Below are positions 39,721-53,100 of a stretch of 64,000 nt of DNA, in pieces. The DNA comes from Camelus dromedarius (Eukaryota). Positions within the stretch are counted from its first letter, which is position 1. Each line of letters begins with the position of its first letter. The stretch spans positions 49,974,001-50,038,000 of the forward strand of contig NC_087437.1 in NCBI RefSeq assembly GCF_036321535.1, read 5' to 3'. The notes under the pieces were generated by a model. It worked only from the letters and a program-made list of their open reading frames with translations. It made no database searches and was not told the origin of the DNA. A program made the position numbers and the translations under genes.

Positions 39721-41934
39721 TGAATTGCTACCTTGCACATCTTTTTTTTATTTATCAACAGCATGAGTTTTGCCTTCATCCAGGCTAATGATTTCTAGAA
39801 TTTTCAATTCTAAATTTATGAAAAAATTAAAATTAAAAAATCTTTTAAGAATTTAAAACTCTATAAGTTTCTCCTGTCTCTCCCCCAAGACTGTGCCCTA
39901 AGGGTCACCTCTGCTTTCCCCCAACATCCCCTTCACTTTAATCTCTAGTTCTCATTAGGCAGCTACCCTAAACCTAAGATAACTCAGGACACAACCTAAA
40001 CTTCCAATGGTTGGAAATCATTAAAAAGATTAAGTAACAAGCAGAAATCAACAAGATTTGAAAAAAAAAAAAGTTTTTCCCTTTATCCTTCTGGGGGCTG
40101 AGAATTGTCAGTGCTGCCTTAATTTTCTAGAAAGATCCTGTGATGACCTCTGAAAACAATCCAGGACCCCCCACAGCTGCTCTTGGATCCTAGTAGAACC
40201 AATTCAGCCGTGCACTGAAGGGAAAGTTATAAATTGCTTAGAGGAGGAGGTTACAAAAGGGAGCGACCAGCCTGGCTTTTGTTAGGGTAAATCTGGGCTC
40301 CCCAACCTGTTAAGATGCTTTGAAAGAGGTAACAAAATGATCTATAAAGGCGAACCAGTGGGTGTCATTTCTTTAGATAATCAAAAACCTTTTGATTGGG
40401 GGATACACAAAAGGCTGAGGAAGGTTAGTAACCCTGGGATAAAAGAAAAATTTCCTTCATCAATTAAAAAACAGTTATGGAAAAATGAAGACTAGAACTC
40501 CAATTTCCCAAGTGGAGAAAGACGAAAATATTGGCATCATTCAACACTTATTATATTCAATGTGCAACTGAATGGAGAACTCCTGAAAGAAATCAATTAT
40601 CTAAAACTGTTTTTAAATGTTATAAATAAAAACATAAAACGTAGAAAAAAAACTTTTTTAGTAATTAATAAAAGTAACAAACATGTTACCTCCGTTCTTA
40701 CACATGCTTTTTGGTGCAGTAGCTAAGAAGCACTCACAGGCACTGATACAGCGTCACAATCCAATGCTGTTTCTCCTTTTTCTCACCAATCCTTAATTTT
40801 TCATGTAAGGTTTATTTTAAATACTGTGAAGACTTTTCTGATACTTAATTTAAGGGTTTTGGGGTTTTTGTTTTTGTTCCTTTTTTTTTTTTTCTCTTTT
40901 ACCTAATTCAAAGTCACTAGGTACCAGTCCTAACTGTCTAAACAAGTTAACACAAAAAACAACAGCAACACTAACATTTACAACACTAACAATAACATTT
41001 GGAGCTTACTTTTCTCCACAGAAACTAAAAACTCTTTAAAGACACTTGCCATGTAATAATCATTAAATATGAGTGACGTGCTGACATGTATATGTGTCAG
41101 AAAGAGAATAGCAAAATCTGTATCATACCAACTTAATCCTACAGTCTCTAGGAAACCTCCAAATTGATGAAGCATCAAGCCACAGAGGGACTGTGTTTGC
41201 ATCGGGAGCTTAGAATTATTTGGCTGGCAAAGGAGAGCAGAGCAAAAAGATGCCAACTGTATATAAAAGCAGAGTTGACACAGTGATGGCAAAACAGCAT
41301 GTCCGTTTCATCAACCTGCTCCAAAATAGAAAGGCAGTGCAATGGAGCCAGCTTCTTGAAGGCCAAGGACTCTACCTCGATGTTTCACATCCTTGTAGAG
41401 CAACCGAGATGGAGAAAGCAACTGTCCATCTCCAGAACTGAATGATAAATAATCCACAGACAAGGCTGCCCCAAGCAGATCAGGTACAATAAAGTACCTG
41501 CGGAGTGGAGGATGTCACACTGACCAGGACAACCATGACAAGGATCAACACTTCTTTGCAGCATGGCAAGAGCTTGCAGAAGAGCCTGACAATCTGAACC
41601 TGGGCATGGTGCAGCATCTGGCTCCACGCACTGAGTTCCTCCTACTGAGTCCCACAGCAGCCCCTGCTCCAATGCCTTTGTTCTTGTTTTCATTACTCCC
41701 TGGTAAAATCTGAAGAATGTGGGCAATGAAAGGAGGTTTTTAAAATAAAACTATATTTATTCAATCGTTTTTATTTTAACTATTCTTACCTTTATGAAAT
41801 AATGGTTATAAAAAATAGTGGTAGAATTAGTAGTAATACTGTTGTTTTTGCTGAAATAAAATGTGGGTAACCCTGTTTTTTTTCCATTTAAAAAAAGTAT
41901 TAGTTTGTTCAGTCGAAAAACACGGGGACTGCTG

Positions 41935-42130
41935 GTGCAATGGTTGAAAATCCTTGCTGAAATAAAATAGACTTAGTTGAAGTCTCATTTCTGCCACTTA
42001 TGGGCTATGTGACCTCCACTAAGCCTCAGTTTCTTCGTTTGTTGAACAGAAATAACAATAGGGGCTACCGAGTGGGTTGTCATGAGTATTAAGGAGATAA
42101 TGCAGAAAATGCTTAGCACAGAGCATGGTA
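41935..42130 (+). mobile_element. MIR
   Basis: 'tctgccactta...ctatgtgacct...gcctcagtttctt...ggttgtcatgagtattaa...gcttagcacag'. Confidence 0.65.
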
Positions 42131-42451
42131 GCCTGTAATTCCAGAGTGTTTGCTTTTAACAAAGAGTCAAAAGCCACTCATCATCTCTGGCCCTTGGTTG
42201 GCTCATCTCCCAAATGAGACCTCTGACCTCAGAGACTTCTACATCCCCTCTAATTGTGACGTTCTACGTCCTACCCCAAAGTTCTAGTACTTCTGCTCTT
42301 CCCAAGCTATTCAAGTCCACAACTGTTCATCCATAAATGACATCCAATTATATTATTGAGTTGGGAAAGCACAGTTACAAACAAGTTATTAACCGCATGA
42401 TCTAATTTTTATAAAATGAAATTCTTACAAACTCTCCCCAATTACTCAAGC

Positions 42452-42751
42452 CAGTGCTGTCCAGAAGTAATATAATATAGCTACAATGTGAGCCATATGT
42501 GGAATATTAAATTTTCTAGTAGCCACATTAAAAGAAACAGATGAAATTTGGTTTAATGATATATTACAAAGTATTTTCATTTCCACATGCAATCATTACA
42601 AAACTATTACTGAGTATTTTCATGATTTTTTTCATATAAGGTCTTTGAAATCAGTGTGTATTTTACACACTTAACATCTTAATGTGGACTAGCTGCATTT
42701 CAAGTGCTCGGGGGCCACATGTGACTCACGGCTATCATCTCAGACAGTGTG
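42452..42751. mobile_element. MER33-like hAT-Charlie DNA transposon
   Basis: Termini cagtgctgtcc / agacagtgtg. Internal 'aaattttctagtagccacattaaaa' and 'gactagctgcatttcaagtgctc...gccacatgtg'. Degenerate 8-bp TSD actcaagc / actcgagg. Confidence 0.75.
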
Positions 42752-43174
42752 ACTCGAGGCAGTTATTTCCCCCTCTTCACAGTGAAGTAGAATTAGACTG
42801 AAAGGAAACTCATCTTATTTATCTTATATGCCCATTGCCTAAGATAGTTCCTGATACCCATGATCCTCAATAAATGTTAATTGAATAAATATATTTAATG
42901 CAAAATATTCTTGGGAGACTTTGCATTTTTAAGCACTATATTAATCATGGAATAAAAGACATTGCACCAATCCCAAAGAAAGAGCTTAGGAATTTTGGAA
43001 AGTGTCTCCTAAAAATCACACTTCATAAACGGCCTCCTACTGTGTCTAAAGGTAAAGCCAGCCATACAAAAGTGTGAAATACCCCAATGAATTAACTAAA
43101 AATATTTATAGAACTAAAGCTAATACCAAAATGCATACTATATAACAATTTTAAAAGATAGCAGGGCTGAGAAA

Positions 43175-43685
43175 CGGATAACAATAAAACCTTTATTACC
43201 TGCCTGCTATGTTTAAATATTTTACATACATCATTTATAATCTTCATTAAAACTATAAGGTAAGGTGGAGTAATAATGACACGAAGGGAAAAAATATTGG
43301 TTGTGGAATCATTAAAATAAACTCTTTAGATTTGACTTCTATCTCTGCCAATTTCTAGCTCTATGACCTAAGGTAAGCTTCTTAATCTTTCTAGCCTCAG
43401 TTTTCTCATCTATAAAATGGGTGTTAAATTAACTGCCCTTAATTATTGTGAGGCTTAGATTCATTGCCACATGAACTTTAAATAAATGACACCTGGTATT
43501 ATTAGAGTAGGGCTCAAATAAAATAGGAGCAATCATTGTTATCATCCTTGGTTCACAGAAGGGAAGATCAAAGTTCAGAGGAATTAAATGGCTTCAATGT
43601 CATGTAGCAAATAAACAGATGAGCCAGGACTCAAACCCAGGTCTGTCCAGCTTAGTGAGCCCATGCACTTTGCACCATATCATAC
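43175..43685. mobile_element. Minus-strand MIR interrupted by a plus-strand MIR
   Basis: MIR(-) 3' part at ~43175-43265, MIR(+) at ~43270-43520 ('gcctcagttttctcatctataaaatggg'), and the MIR(-) remainder at ~43535-43685 ('gagccaggactcaaacccaggtctg'). Confidence 0.6.
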
Positions 43686-46600
43686 CTGGGAAGGCATGGC
43701 AGAGGCCACAGTGTTTGGATACAAGGAAGACATCCTATGAGGGTACCTACATGGTAAAAGAGGCAAATTAGCACAGTTTGAGGTGAAAGGATCTCACTTA
43801 ACTGGATCAGATCAGAATAGGGAACTGGAAGAGCTCAAGTTCAGTCGGTACAACAGAGAGATTGGTTTATGGAAGGCCTTGAGCCATTTGGAGGAGTTGA
43901 GACTTGACTACTACCGAAATCCTGTCATAAATCTACAAAACAGTTGATCAATCTCTGTGCAATTATGAAGCTCTTCTTTTTTTAACTTAATGCTTTAGGC
44001 TGATAGGAACATTCCTTTACTCAAGTAAAGGTTGAACATATGCTTTTCTACACTCTTCAAATCCTACCTTAAATTTGTCTTAATCCTTTGAGTCTACATG
44101 AGGAGTGGTGTTCACGTTCCCATATATTAACTGGGCTGTGAAAGAAAAACCAAGCAAACTCTTATCTGTGGTTGGAGTCCTGCAACAACTTTACTCAAGT
44201 TAGATCCTTTTGCAGGCCCATTAAACCAACACAGCTGCTCACCATTAGTTACCCTCTCTCATTTGGCTGTTTGCCTGAACCACCTCATCAGCGAGCTATG
44301 AGCCACCACACCTGGCATGCTCACGTTTGAACTGAGTCATGTGAAGAACATTATCAAAAACATTTTTTTAAAAATGAACAAAGTGTATATATGTGTATCA
44401 GAAACTGTATATAAACACGTATGTTCATATACACAAACAATTAACATATGTGTTCAAGCAATACATACAAGGGAGTCTCTCCAATTGAAGATAGAAACAG
44501 AAGATTATTTACAAAAAAATTTCCTCTGACTATTTTGTCTCTCTAAAGACTATATTCTTTTTTAAAAAAGTGTATTCTTTTTCTCAAATTACTTATGCTT
44601 ATTTATATTATTTACTCTATACACAAACTGAAACAGAAAATCTACTAGCAAAAATGACTATATAGAGGATGAAGTTTTAGGGAAATTGTCATTAACATTG
44701 ACAATGAATAGTTACTCCCTATGGTAAGTTCATAAGCAATTATTTTGCATACTTTTGTGAAACAGAAAAAATATATATACTTATCAATTTGAAAGAAATT
44801 GTATGGAAGATTAAAATTGGCATCTTGAATTTCATTTAAAACTTTTCAGTTTTTCCAACAAGAAAACAAACCAGAAATGACTGATAAACTGAATCACTGA
44901 CTGAACACTGAAAGTGTTGTAATTACTCAAGACACATTCTCCTTCCCTGGCCTGTTAGAGAGTCCTGTGGTTTCATTATATGACACTTTGCAGCACTTTT
45001 CGCTGGTTTGTGGCACAACCTCCCCAAAGAAATATGAAGAGTAATTTTCAAAAGGAACTTTTATTTTTAATATGGATTGATTTTTTTAAAGGCAGCTCCA
45101 AGCAGCCCAGTATATCAAACAGGAGCCATCACGCCAATCCCAACACATCAAGGAGCAGTTTTCGCACGTGAGGTTTGTTGTTTCTAGCAGGTATCCATGT
45201 AGCCAGAGAGGTCACCACTCAGCGAGGTGCTTTCTTTCTGGTGTATAAGAAAAGAAATCACCAGGAATAAGGGGGGAAATGGGCTTGGGAAACAGGAGGG
45301 GACCTTGTCAATCTCCAAGATGCTAGAAAATGACTGTGGACGTCTTTTGTTAGGGAATCCTATAATGGTATTGCAGCTCATCTCTTGTGCACATGAACAG
45401 CAACTAGCCTAAGACGGTGAGGGCGACAGAGGATTAGAAGAATCGTGAAAAGGCCCTGGAAAGGACATTACTGGTGTTTGGAATCATAAAGGCCAAAACT
45501 GTACCATTATTTACCTTCAACAGCAGTGTCCTTATAAACAGGATTTCTTGGGGAAAAGAAATCCAAAGGCATATATGAAATGTTTATTATGAGTGCATGT
45601 ATATAAATTATTTTACAAATGGGGAAAGTAAAAGGCCCTACAGAACTATTCTTACATATTCTTATGAGTCATGCACCGATTTTTTTTTTTATGTTAAGAA
45701 TTTATACTACTTCCAAGAGGAGGACATTAAGCTTGTTCCCAATCCTTTTTATTTTAAACATATGGATCATGGAGAAGGTTAGCATTGTGCTGGAAATAAT
45801 TTTGATGCATATAACAAAACTATAAAAAGAACAACAGGAAGAGATGAATAAATTTGTGAGGTTTCAAGATAGCTAGTAGGACTGTTAAGATCACGTGGCA
45901 GGGTCCCTGGCATTATTCACTACGCAGGGTAACAGATACACTGTAAAGAACTAGTTTTCTAACACATAAATTGGTCTCAGTGTGTATCTTTGTCAGTCCT
46001 TCCAAAGACACTTTATTGAAAAGGAGAATCTTTTATCAGTATTTATATAGGTGTTAGAATCCAAGTTTTATTGTTTAATAAAGGTGAGTGTATTTTTGAG
46101 TAAGATCAAACCATAGCTTATAAACTAATTATTTCCCTTTTCCCCAGGATATTTTCTCGAAATTGCTTATTATGGGTAATTAAAATTCATAGCTAACTAG
46201 TAAGTTAGATAGTTGTTCCTTCAGATAACAAGAGTAAAGGCAAAAGCAGCAATGGTTACAATAATTATCATGAGTGTTTGTCTAATAATGTAGATGTGCT
46301 TGAGCAGATGGGGAGCAGGGGTGTAACAGAGAGGAACCAGTCCCTGCCTTCACAGATTCCAGACTGGTGGGAGAGGTAAACATGGACATAAATGATTACA
46401 ATACAATTGGACAAGAGGTCACAGAGTTTGTTGTAAAGGTCACAGTGACGTAAAATGCTGTACAGGCAGGAAATGCTTGTTAAGTGCTTACTGGATGAAC
46501 GCAGTAGCCTTCTGCCTGTCCACCCTGCAACCTGCACACTATTCTAGCATTCCCTCCCTCTCTTGGTTGGACTCAGCTTATAGCCCATTTGACCTGTGGC

Positions 46601-47799
46601 CCTGGCCAGACTCTTGACCAGTCTCCTAGACCTAACCCATTCTAGTCACTAATAACCTGTTATACCAACGTGTCCCAAATTACTTCTGAAGAGAGCCAAA
46701 TCAAAGTAGTCCCTAATATCAATTAAATATTTCAGAAAACATATCAACTCTTTTCCATATTTTGGGAAGAAATGCAATGTTATTATTAGGCAATTAGAGG
46801 AGGCCGGGGCTTGGATAAGGGACCAACCCATGTTGTGATTATAGGCAAGCCATTTCACAAAAATTCGCCTCAGATTTATATCACCACTGCACTTATCTGG
46901 GTTTACAAGGCTTTTTCTTTCCATGTATTTATTTTGCATATGGGATAAGAAATCATGAGGTAGACTCCTGAGCCTTTGTTATAGGCTCATGGTCCAGACA
47001 GCTAGGTTTCCTACAGGTACAATTTACAAAGCAATATAGATTTTATTTTCCCTCATGAAAACAGAATTTTTATTAAAACAGTTAAGTGAAAATATTTAAA
47101 ATATAGGAATTCTATTTCCAAAACAGACACACAACACAGAGCAAGACTTGGAATAATAGCAACACCATATATTTTTAGAGCTGGAAAATCTCTTTTTCCA
47201 ATTCAAGTTCAGAAATGGTGGCCCAGGGCAGCTTAGTGACTTTACCAAGGCTACACTGCCAACCCTGGGAAGAGCTGGGAGCAGGTGCTTAACCTGAACT
47301 CTCCCTATTAGAATCTCCTTCCACTGAACAAGTTCCATGCTTAACTCTTGTTAGTGACTCTGTAATCCACCGAGGTTTCTTTTACACTCAGGTAGGATAG
47401 TGGGATGCTTCCTTAAAATCACCTTGAATCTCTTCACTCTAAGTCTGTACAAAACTTTGGGACTTTTCAGAACATTCCAAGCCCTTGCACACAAGACTCT
47501 AAGTTTCAACTTGCTCACATGCCCACTCTAAGCTTCTTGTTTATAATTCCTTCAGAACCACCCAGTTCCCTGCTGTTAGTCCTCGTTTCTTTTCTTAGAT
47601 ACTGGCAAACTCAAAAAAGAAAAAAAAAAAGATCTGATTAACATTATTTGTTTATACAACTGTAATTGTCTCAAGCAAATTGGAGAGGTTTTATTTCTTT
47701 TCCACCTGGATTAATTCACCTCCAACTTCTCCATTGCCTTGCTTTTTTACCTTTCAAAATTTAAACATATTGCTTATGTTCACTCATTAAGCATGTGTT

Positions 47800-47910
47800 C
47801 TTCAAAGAGAATTTATTGAGCACCTATTATATGCCAAGCAGGGATGCTGGGTACTAGGTATCCAGTAAAAATATGATGATTGGCCCCAGGGAGTTGACAA
47901 TCTGAAGGAA
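47800..47910 (-). mobile_element. L2 3' fragment
   Basis: 'atttattgagcacctattatatgccaagca...ggagttgacaatct'. Confidence 0.55.
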
Positions 47911-49679
47911 CAAAGTAAACCACACTTTGTTTTTAAATAAATATATATGTCTACATTAGACCAAGTGATAAAGAAAAACAACAGAGGGTAGTGAGAACAA
48001 ACATTACGGAGATCCAACTTAGAATGAAGTGGGGAAAATTACAGCTTCCTTCCTGTGGCTTTATAACTTGTTTTTTGATAACTATAGTTTTTAAAAGGGA
48101 TGATATTTGTTTTCTCAGAACAAAGCTTACCATGAAAGAAACATAAAACAATGTCTCTCTAATGCCTCAACTTCCTCCTCTATAAAATAATCATTATGAT
48201 CCTCACTCTATGTACCTCATAAAGGTACTTGGTGAACAAAATAAGACCATGAATGAGAGGTTGCCTCCAACATTCCACATATTATTTGGGACAAAACTAA
48301 CAGTTTATATTAAACATATTTTTCAGAAAAGGTAAGAATAACAACAATATATTGGAAACATCTTGACAAACCAAAACTTAAACATCCTTTCTCACCACAA
48401 GTTTTGATGGCAGTAAGAGATGCCTACTTTCTGAAAATGTAACAAAACTCAGGATTTTCAAGCGGTCCAGCAAATAGGCCCCATTGGCTTCTGTGCCCGT
48501 ATTACAGAATCTGCCTTTAATTTTGCTTAACAGTAATAGAAGCCTATCATGCAGCCAAATCCCTACAGCAATGTTCTCAAAGATTCTGCATGTGGAAGCC
48601 TGCTGCCCTTCAGCTTCCCCGTTAAACACCTGTTCTGGGCTTGGGCCATGCTTTTGGTTTCTCAGTCAGGTGGTGAGTCTTGCTTAAGTGGACAGGCAGG
48701 TATTTTTGCTGTCACCAAAGACAGCTAATTTGGGAAGCCTAATCTTGCAAAGGGACCAAGTTTCAGTTCTCAGAGTGTTGGGTTTAGAGTAGAAGGGACT
48801 CCGCCCAGAAATGCAACCTGATTACTTCCCCCTTTGCCCCTCTCTTGTCTCCACTGAGAATCCCCTAAGTAACTGACATGTTTTAAAGATTTCAGGCAAC
48901 CAGGTCTATAGGTCTGCAGCTCCCCAGTCTTTCCTGTCACCTGCCTAACTTAATACTTTTCTCCTTCGATGGGTATAGCAACTCCTGACAAGCAATTGCC
49001 TTGTGGTTTATTTCAGCTGATTCAAACAGAATTATAAGTTGAGAAATTAGTTATGGGGATTTGAAGGAAAGAGGAATTTTACAGGTGTGAATTCATGGCC
49101 ATTTCTGATCCAAATATTTCCAAAGGAATTATATGCTGAGGAAATACCTTCTCCCAACTTTCAAGGCCTCTGCATCTCTTAATGGGAAAAGATGTATTTT
49201 TTCAGGCCATAATTTTGCAGTTTCCTTAGGTTAAACCCTAACGAGTAATCTTTGCTTGTCCTCCTTTCAAAAGCAATACCATAAAATTTAAAAAAAAAAA
49301 AAAACTTAAATTCAGTAGTTGCTCAGATAATAAAGGGCTGGTGATGTCAGTGATGTCATTTCAGGACTGCGCCAGAAAATGCATAGCAGGGCTGGTGGCT
49401 GCTGAACACCATCTTAACGCTGGTTTAAAACAAAAGCAGCTACTCTCTGTCCCAGAAGCATTTTGATTTTAGAATGGGGAATTCTGCACAAAGAACACTA
49501 GCTTGGAGGACTTTGTCACTACAGTTTTGGACAAAGAATAAATAATTTCTGCCTACCTGATCAAAATCACTATTTCACAAATGGGGAAATGAAGGATCAA
49601 GAGGTTACATGTGATTCTTACAGTCCCAAAGAAATTCTGCTGGAGGGTTAGTTCAGAGAACAATTATAATTGACAACAA

Positions 49680-50130
49680 ACATTTATTTAGTCAACCAGT
49701 ATTTATTGAGCACCTACTATGTTCGAGGAACTCTGGATCATGAGCAAACAAAACAAAGCTCCCTGCCTTAATAGAGCTTACATTCTAGTGGTTTTCAGGA
49801 ATAATGTCCTCGTATTTTTGGTAAAGTATGTCTCCATTAAAATGCTTCACTGTCTTGGTTCTACTCTCTGGGAGATAAATCCAACATACCTGAAGCTAAA
49901 AGAAAACATTTACATGAGCACATTTACAGGAATTGGAGTTAAACTGGGAGTGATGATGGCCTCCTAAGATAAATCAGAAAAAGCTATTGGGTTTAGTGAG
50001 CACTGAGCCTGTTTTAAAGAAGAGATGATATTAAAACATGTGGGAAAGAGAAAAAAAAATGTCCTTGATGGGAAATGCAAGAGGAAGGGCACACAGATTG
50101 GAAAGAGCATGTGATTCTAAGAGACAAAGG
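49680..50130 (-). mobile_element. L2 fragments
   Basis: 'tatttattgagcacctactatgt...caaagctccctgcctt...gagcttacattctagtgg'. Confidence 0.55.
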
Positions 50131-53100
50131 TAACTACTTACAGATAAGGCCAGAATTCAAAAACAACCATGGAACTCCCTTTATTTACCCTACCCCTTTT
50201 CTTTACTGCAGAATTAGTAGAAACAACGTGATATAATACATTCATACATTATAAGATGCCATATATAGGATAACTTTTCAAGAAAGAAATGTGCTTTCCA
50301 AAAGAGCAGCCATGGATGAAACCACAGATTAAGGTCTAATCTCAACAAGTCAACAGGCTTTTGTGAAACTAAAGAACCTTTTTTTAAAAGAGATAACAAA
50401 TCTCTGCTGTCTTCTCTGGCGATTAGAATTTGTATTTTGATTATGTATCTCAATTATGTATTAAGTTGAAAAAGAATGTGCAATACAACGTTCAAGGTCT
50501 GAAATACATTCATTGTAAGGTCAACACAAAGGATGTTTTGATAAGATAAATTTGGGAGTAATGTCACCAATAACTAGGGGGACCCTTTTAAAATTATCTG
50601 TAGAAGGTACCTCTGGAGCCCACTGTGGTTTATTTCAGGTGGTCCATTTAGTGAGTGTGATCAAGGAAGCAGGTGTTTGAATAGTACCAGTGATTTTCAG
50701 TGTTCCAAGATGCCAACACTTTCTAATACTAAAAAGGTATCCCACCAAATAGCAGGCATTTTTAAGTTATATTCAGTATGCAGATGATACTTGGTGCTTG
50801 TGCATATTCCAGGGCCCCCATGACTCTGAGGTAGAGATGGGGAACCCCACTTTTTTGATGCTGGTCTCCCACCCATCTCACCCTTCTGATTATCACAACA
50901 TCAGCACAATGATATATCCAAATTAAATTCTTCGGCATTTATTCCATTCACTAATAACACTTGAAGAACTCAAAGTAAAGGGTCATTGACTTATATATTT
51001 GACTTCCTCACCTCCAATTATATAAACATCTGTTGAATAAAATAGAAAAGAATTTATTCCTGACCCAGGTTTTGGCTTTTAAGATAATGTTAAACAGGAT
51101 TGATTTATTCATTCTAAAAATATATTTGAGGAAATTTGTGTTTCCTGTGCGTAAGTATTTCCAGTTGGTTTTACAAAGTTACCTCAGTTGTAGAAAGATG
51201 CAAATTTTTATCAAATCTTCAGAGAGGCTTTGATGCCGTCCAGACTTTCAGCTAGTATTTCCAGTTACTGCCTAGAAGACTAAGCAACCCGTGGAATGTC
51301 TATTAATGATCAAAAAGAGCGTGAGTGTTTAATTCTGTAGCTTTGCATCTCTCTCTCTCTCTAATGTGTTCCATTGTGCTCATTCTCTTCATTGGGAAAG
51401 GCAGTGTCTAAAGAGAGGGAAGGCAAGATTGTGGGTGGACTCCCAGGGCTCAGTCCACTATTTATGCATATAATGTTCTCTCTCTCTCTCTCTCTCCCTC
51501 TTTCTTGTTCTCTCATCGACTTTTCAAATGGCCCCATAGAATTTACTTTGAAGTGCTTTCCACCCCTGCGGCACAAAGCCTCAGTGTACATCTCCCCCTA
51601 GGAGGTGGGCTGGAGGCTGATGGTTTCTACCTCTGGCCACATCACTGCTGGCTCTGCGCCCGACAGGCAAAAGAAAACTCAAGGTGGGAGGAGTGATTTA
51701 CCTGCCTAACCCCTCCCTCACCAATACCTCCCCTGACAATTTGAAAATGGAGAGTCTAATAGAAAAAATTAAAAGAAACAAACAACACTACAACTGACGA
51801 CCCATCTTTTATGCATTAAATTCTCAATGCAAAGTAAGCTACATCACACTGAATCCCCAGATTATTTCCCTGACTTTGACTTTGCAAATAGGGCAGGCAA
51901 GCAGCTCTGTTCACACCACGGAGCATCCTCCAGCCACAGCCTCTGGGACCACGTGGGTGCAAGGGGACACGTAAACAGGTGGGCAGGCCGTTTCCAGTGG
52001 GAAACCTTTGCTGCCTCCCCGTAATTGCAATGCTGTGACCTCCCACCCCAGCCCACTGCAAACCCGTGTCAGCTGACAGAGGTGTCACTCACTGAAGAGA
52101 GAAGGGGTATTAGGCAGTACCCAAGCCAAAGAAAGGGGCTGTTCAAAACTTCTTCACAATTCAAGGGAAGGAGCACAATGGAGCACCAGCTCCTTAAGAG
52201 GGAAGAGGAGTCGCAGTCCAGCGTCACAGATTTGGTTTAGCTGAGTGTTTGGAAGCCACTGCACTCGTGGGAAAGTTTAAGACCAGGCCCAGCCAAGTGC
52301 TCAGCTTGATGTTAAGTTCCACTGTGAAAATTTCTTAACAACATTGTTTGTCTCAATCTCTTTTATGTTGGTGAAGAAAACTCACGATGACCAGGTTAGG
52401 ATCAGTAGTGCCATTTATGTATCTTTTCAGAAAGATGTGGAAATTAGACTTAATTGCTCTCCCACTCTTTCCCACATATTTAATTAAGCCTGAACTTTGA
52501 GTGAGGCCCATCCCTGACCTTCCTCCTGCTCCAGGACCTCCTTGAAAGAAGTGGCTACACCTCAGAACAGGCTCCTTGACAAAGCATTAGCCCAGGACTA
52601 ACATTTCACTTTTCTTTCTTTTCAAGCCTCAGTGTATCTCAGGAACAGCGCCGTTCTTCGGGCCCCTGGAATTTTTCCACCACCACGGACTGTTAAGGAA
52701 CCTCAGCCTCCTGCTTCTTCTCCTGTGACAGAACACCAGCTCAGGAAGCTACTGTGACTGCCACAGGGTTTGTCCCAGTAAACAGAGAGAGGAAAGAGTT
52801 GCCACAGCCTTACACAGTTTCTACCCAATCTCACAGAGAGCCCACAGCCCTTGGGGGCAGAGAATGGAAGCTGAAGAAAGGACAGATCACCTTGCCCACT
52901 TTAGAGCCCCAAACAGGATGCCCAGGATTGTGCACCAAGCTTAGAGTTTCAGATTAGGGGGTTTCTTCAGTTTTGCCTTCCTAAGACTTCCTACTGCTAA
53001 GAAAAAATGACTGAAAAATACAAAGACACAACAGGCCCTTTCAAAACAACTGTCTTATGGTCAAGTGTAAATTAAATAATAGAACATGTGGGTTGAATTT

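Noticed and set aside
40440..40660. Processed pseudogene 3' end (AATAAA followed by an A-rich stretch)
   Set aside because: There is no recognisable coding remnant or TSD, and the AT-rich background explains it.
41790..41850. Minus-strand exon-like unit (tttcag ... AAG|gtaaga)
   Set aside because: It is extremely AT-rich and probably within a decayed DNA-transposon fragment. It illustrates how frequent pseudo-exons are here.
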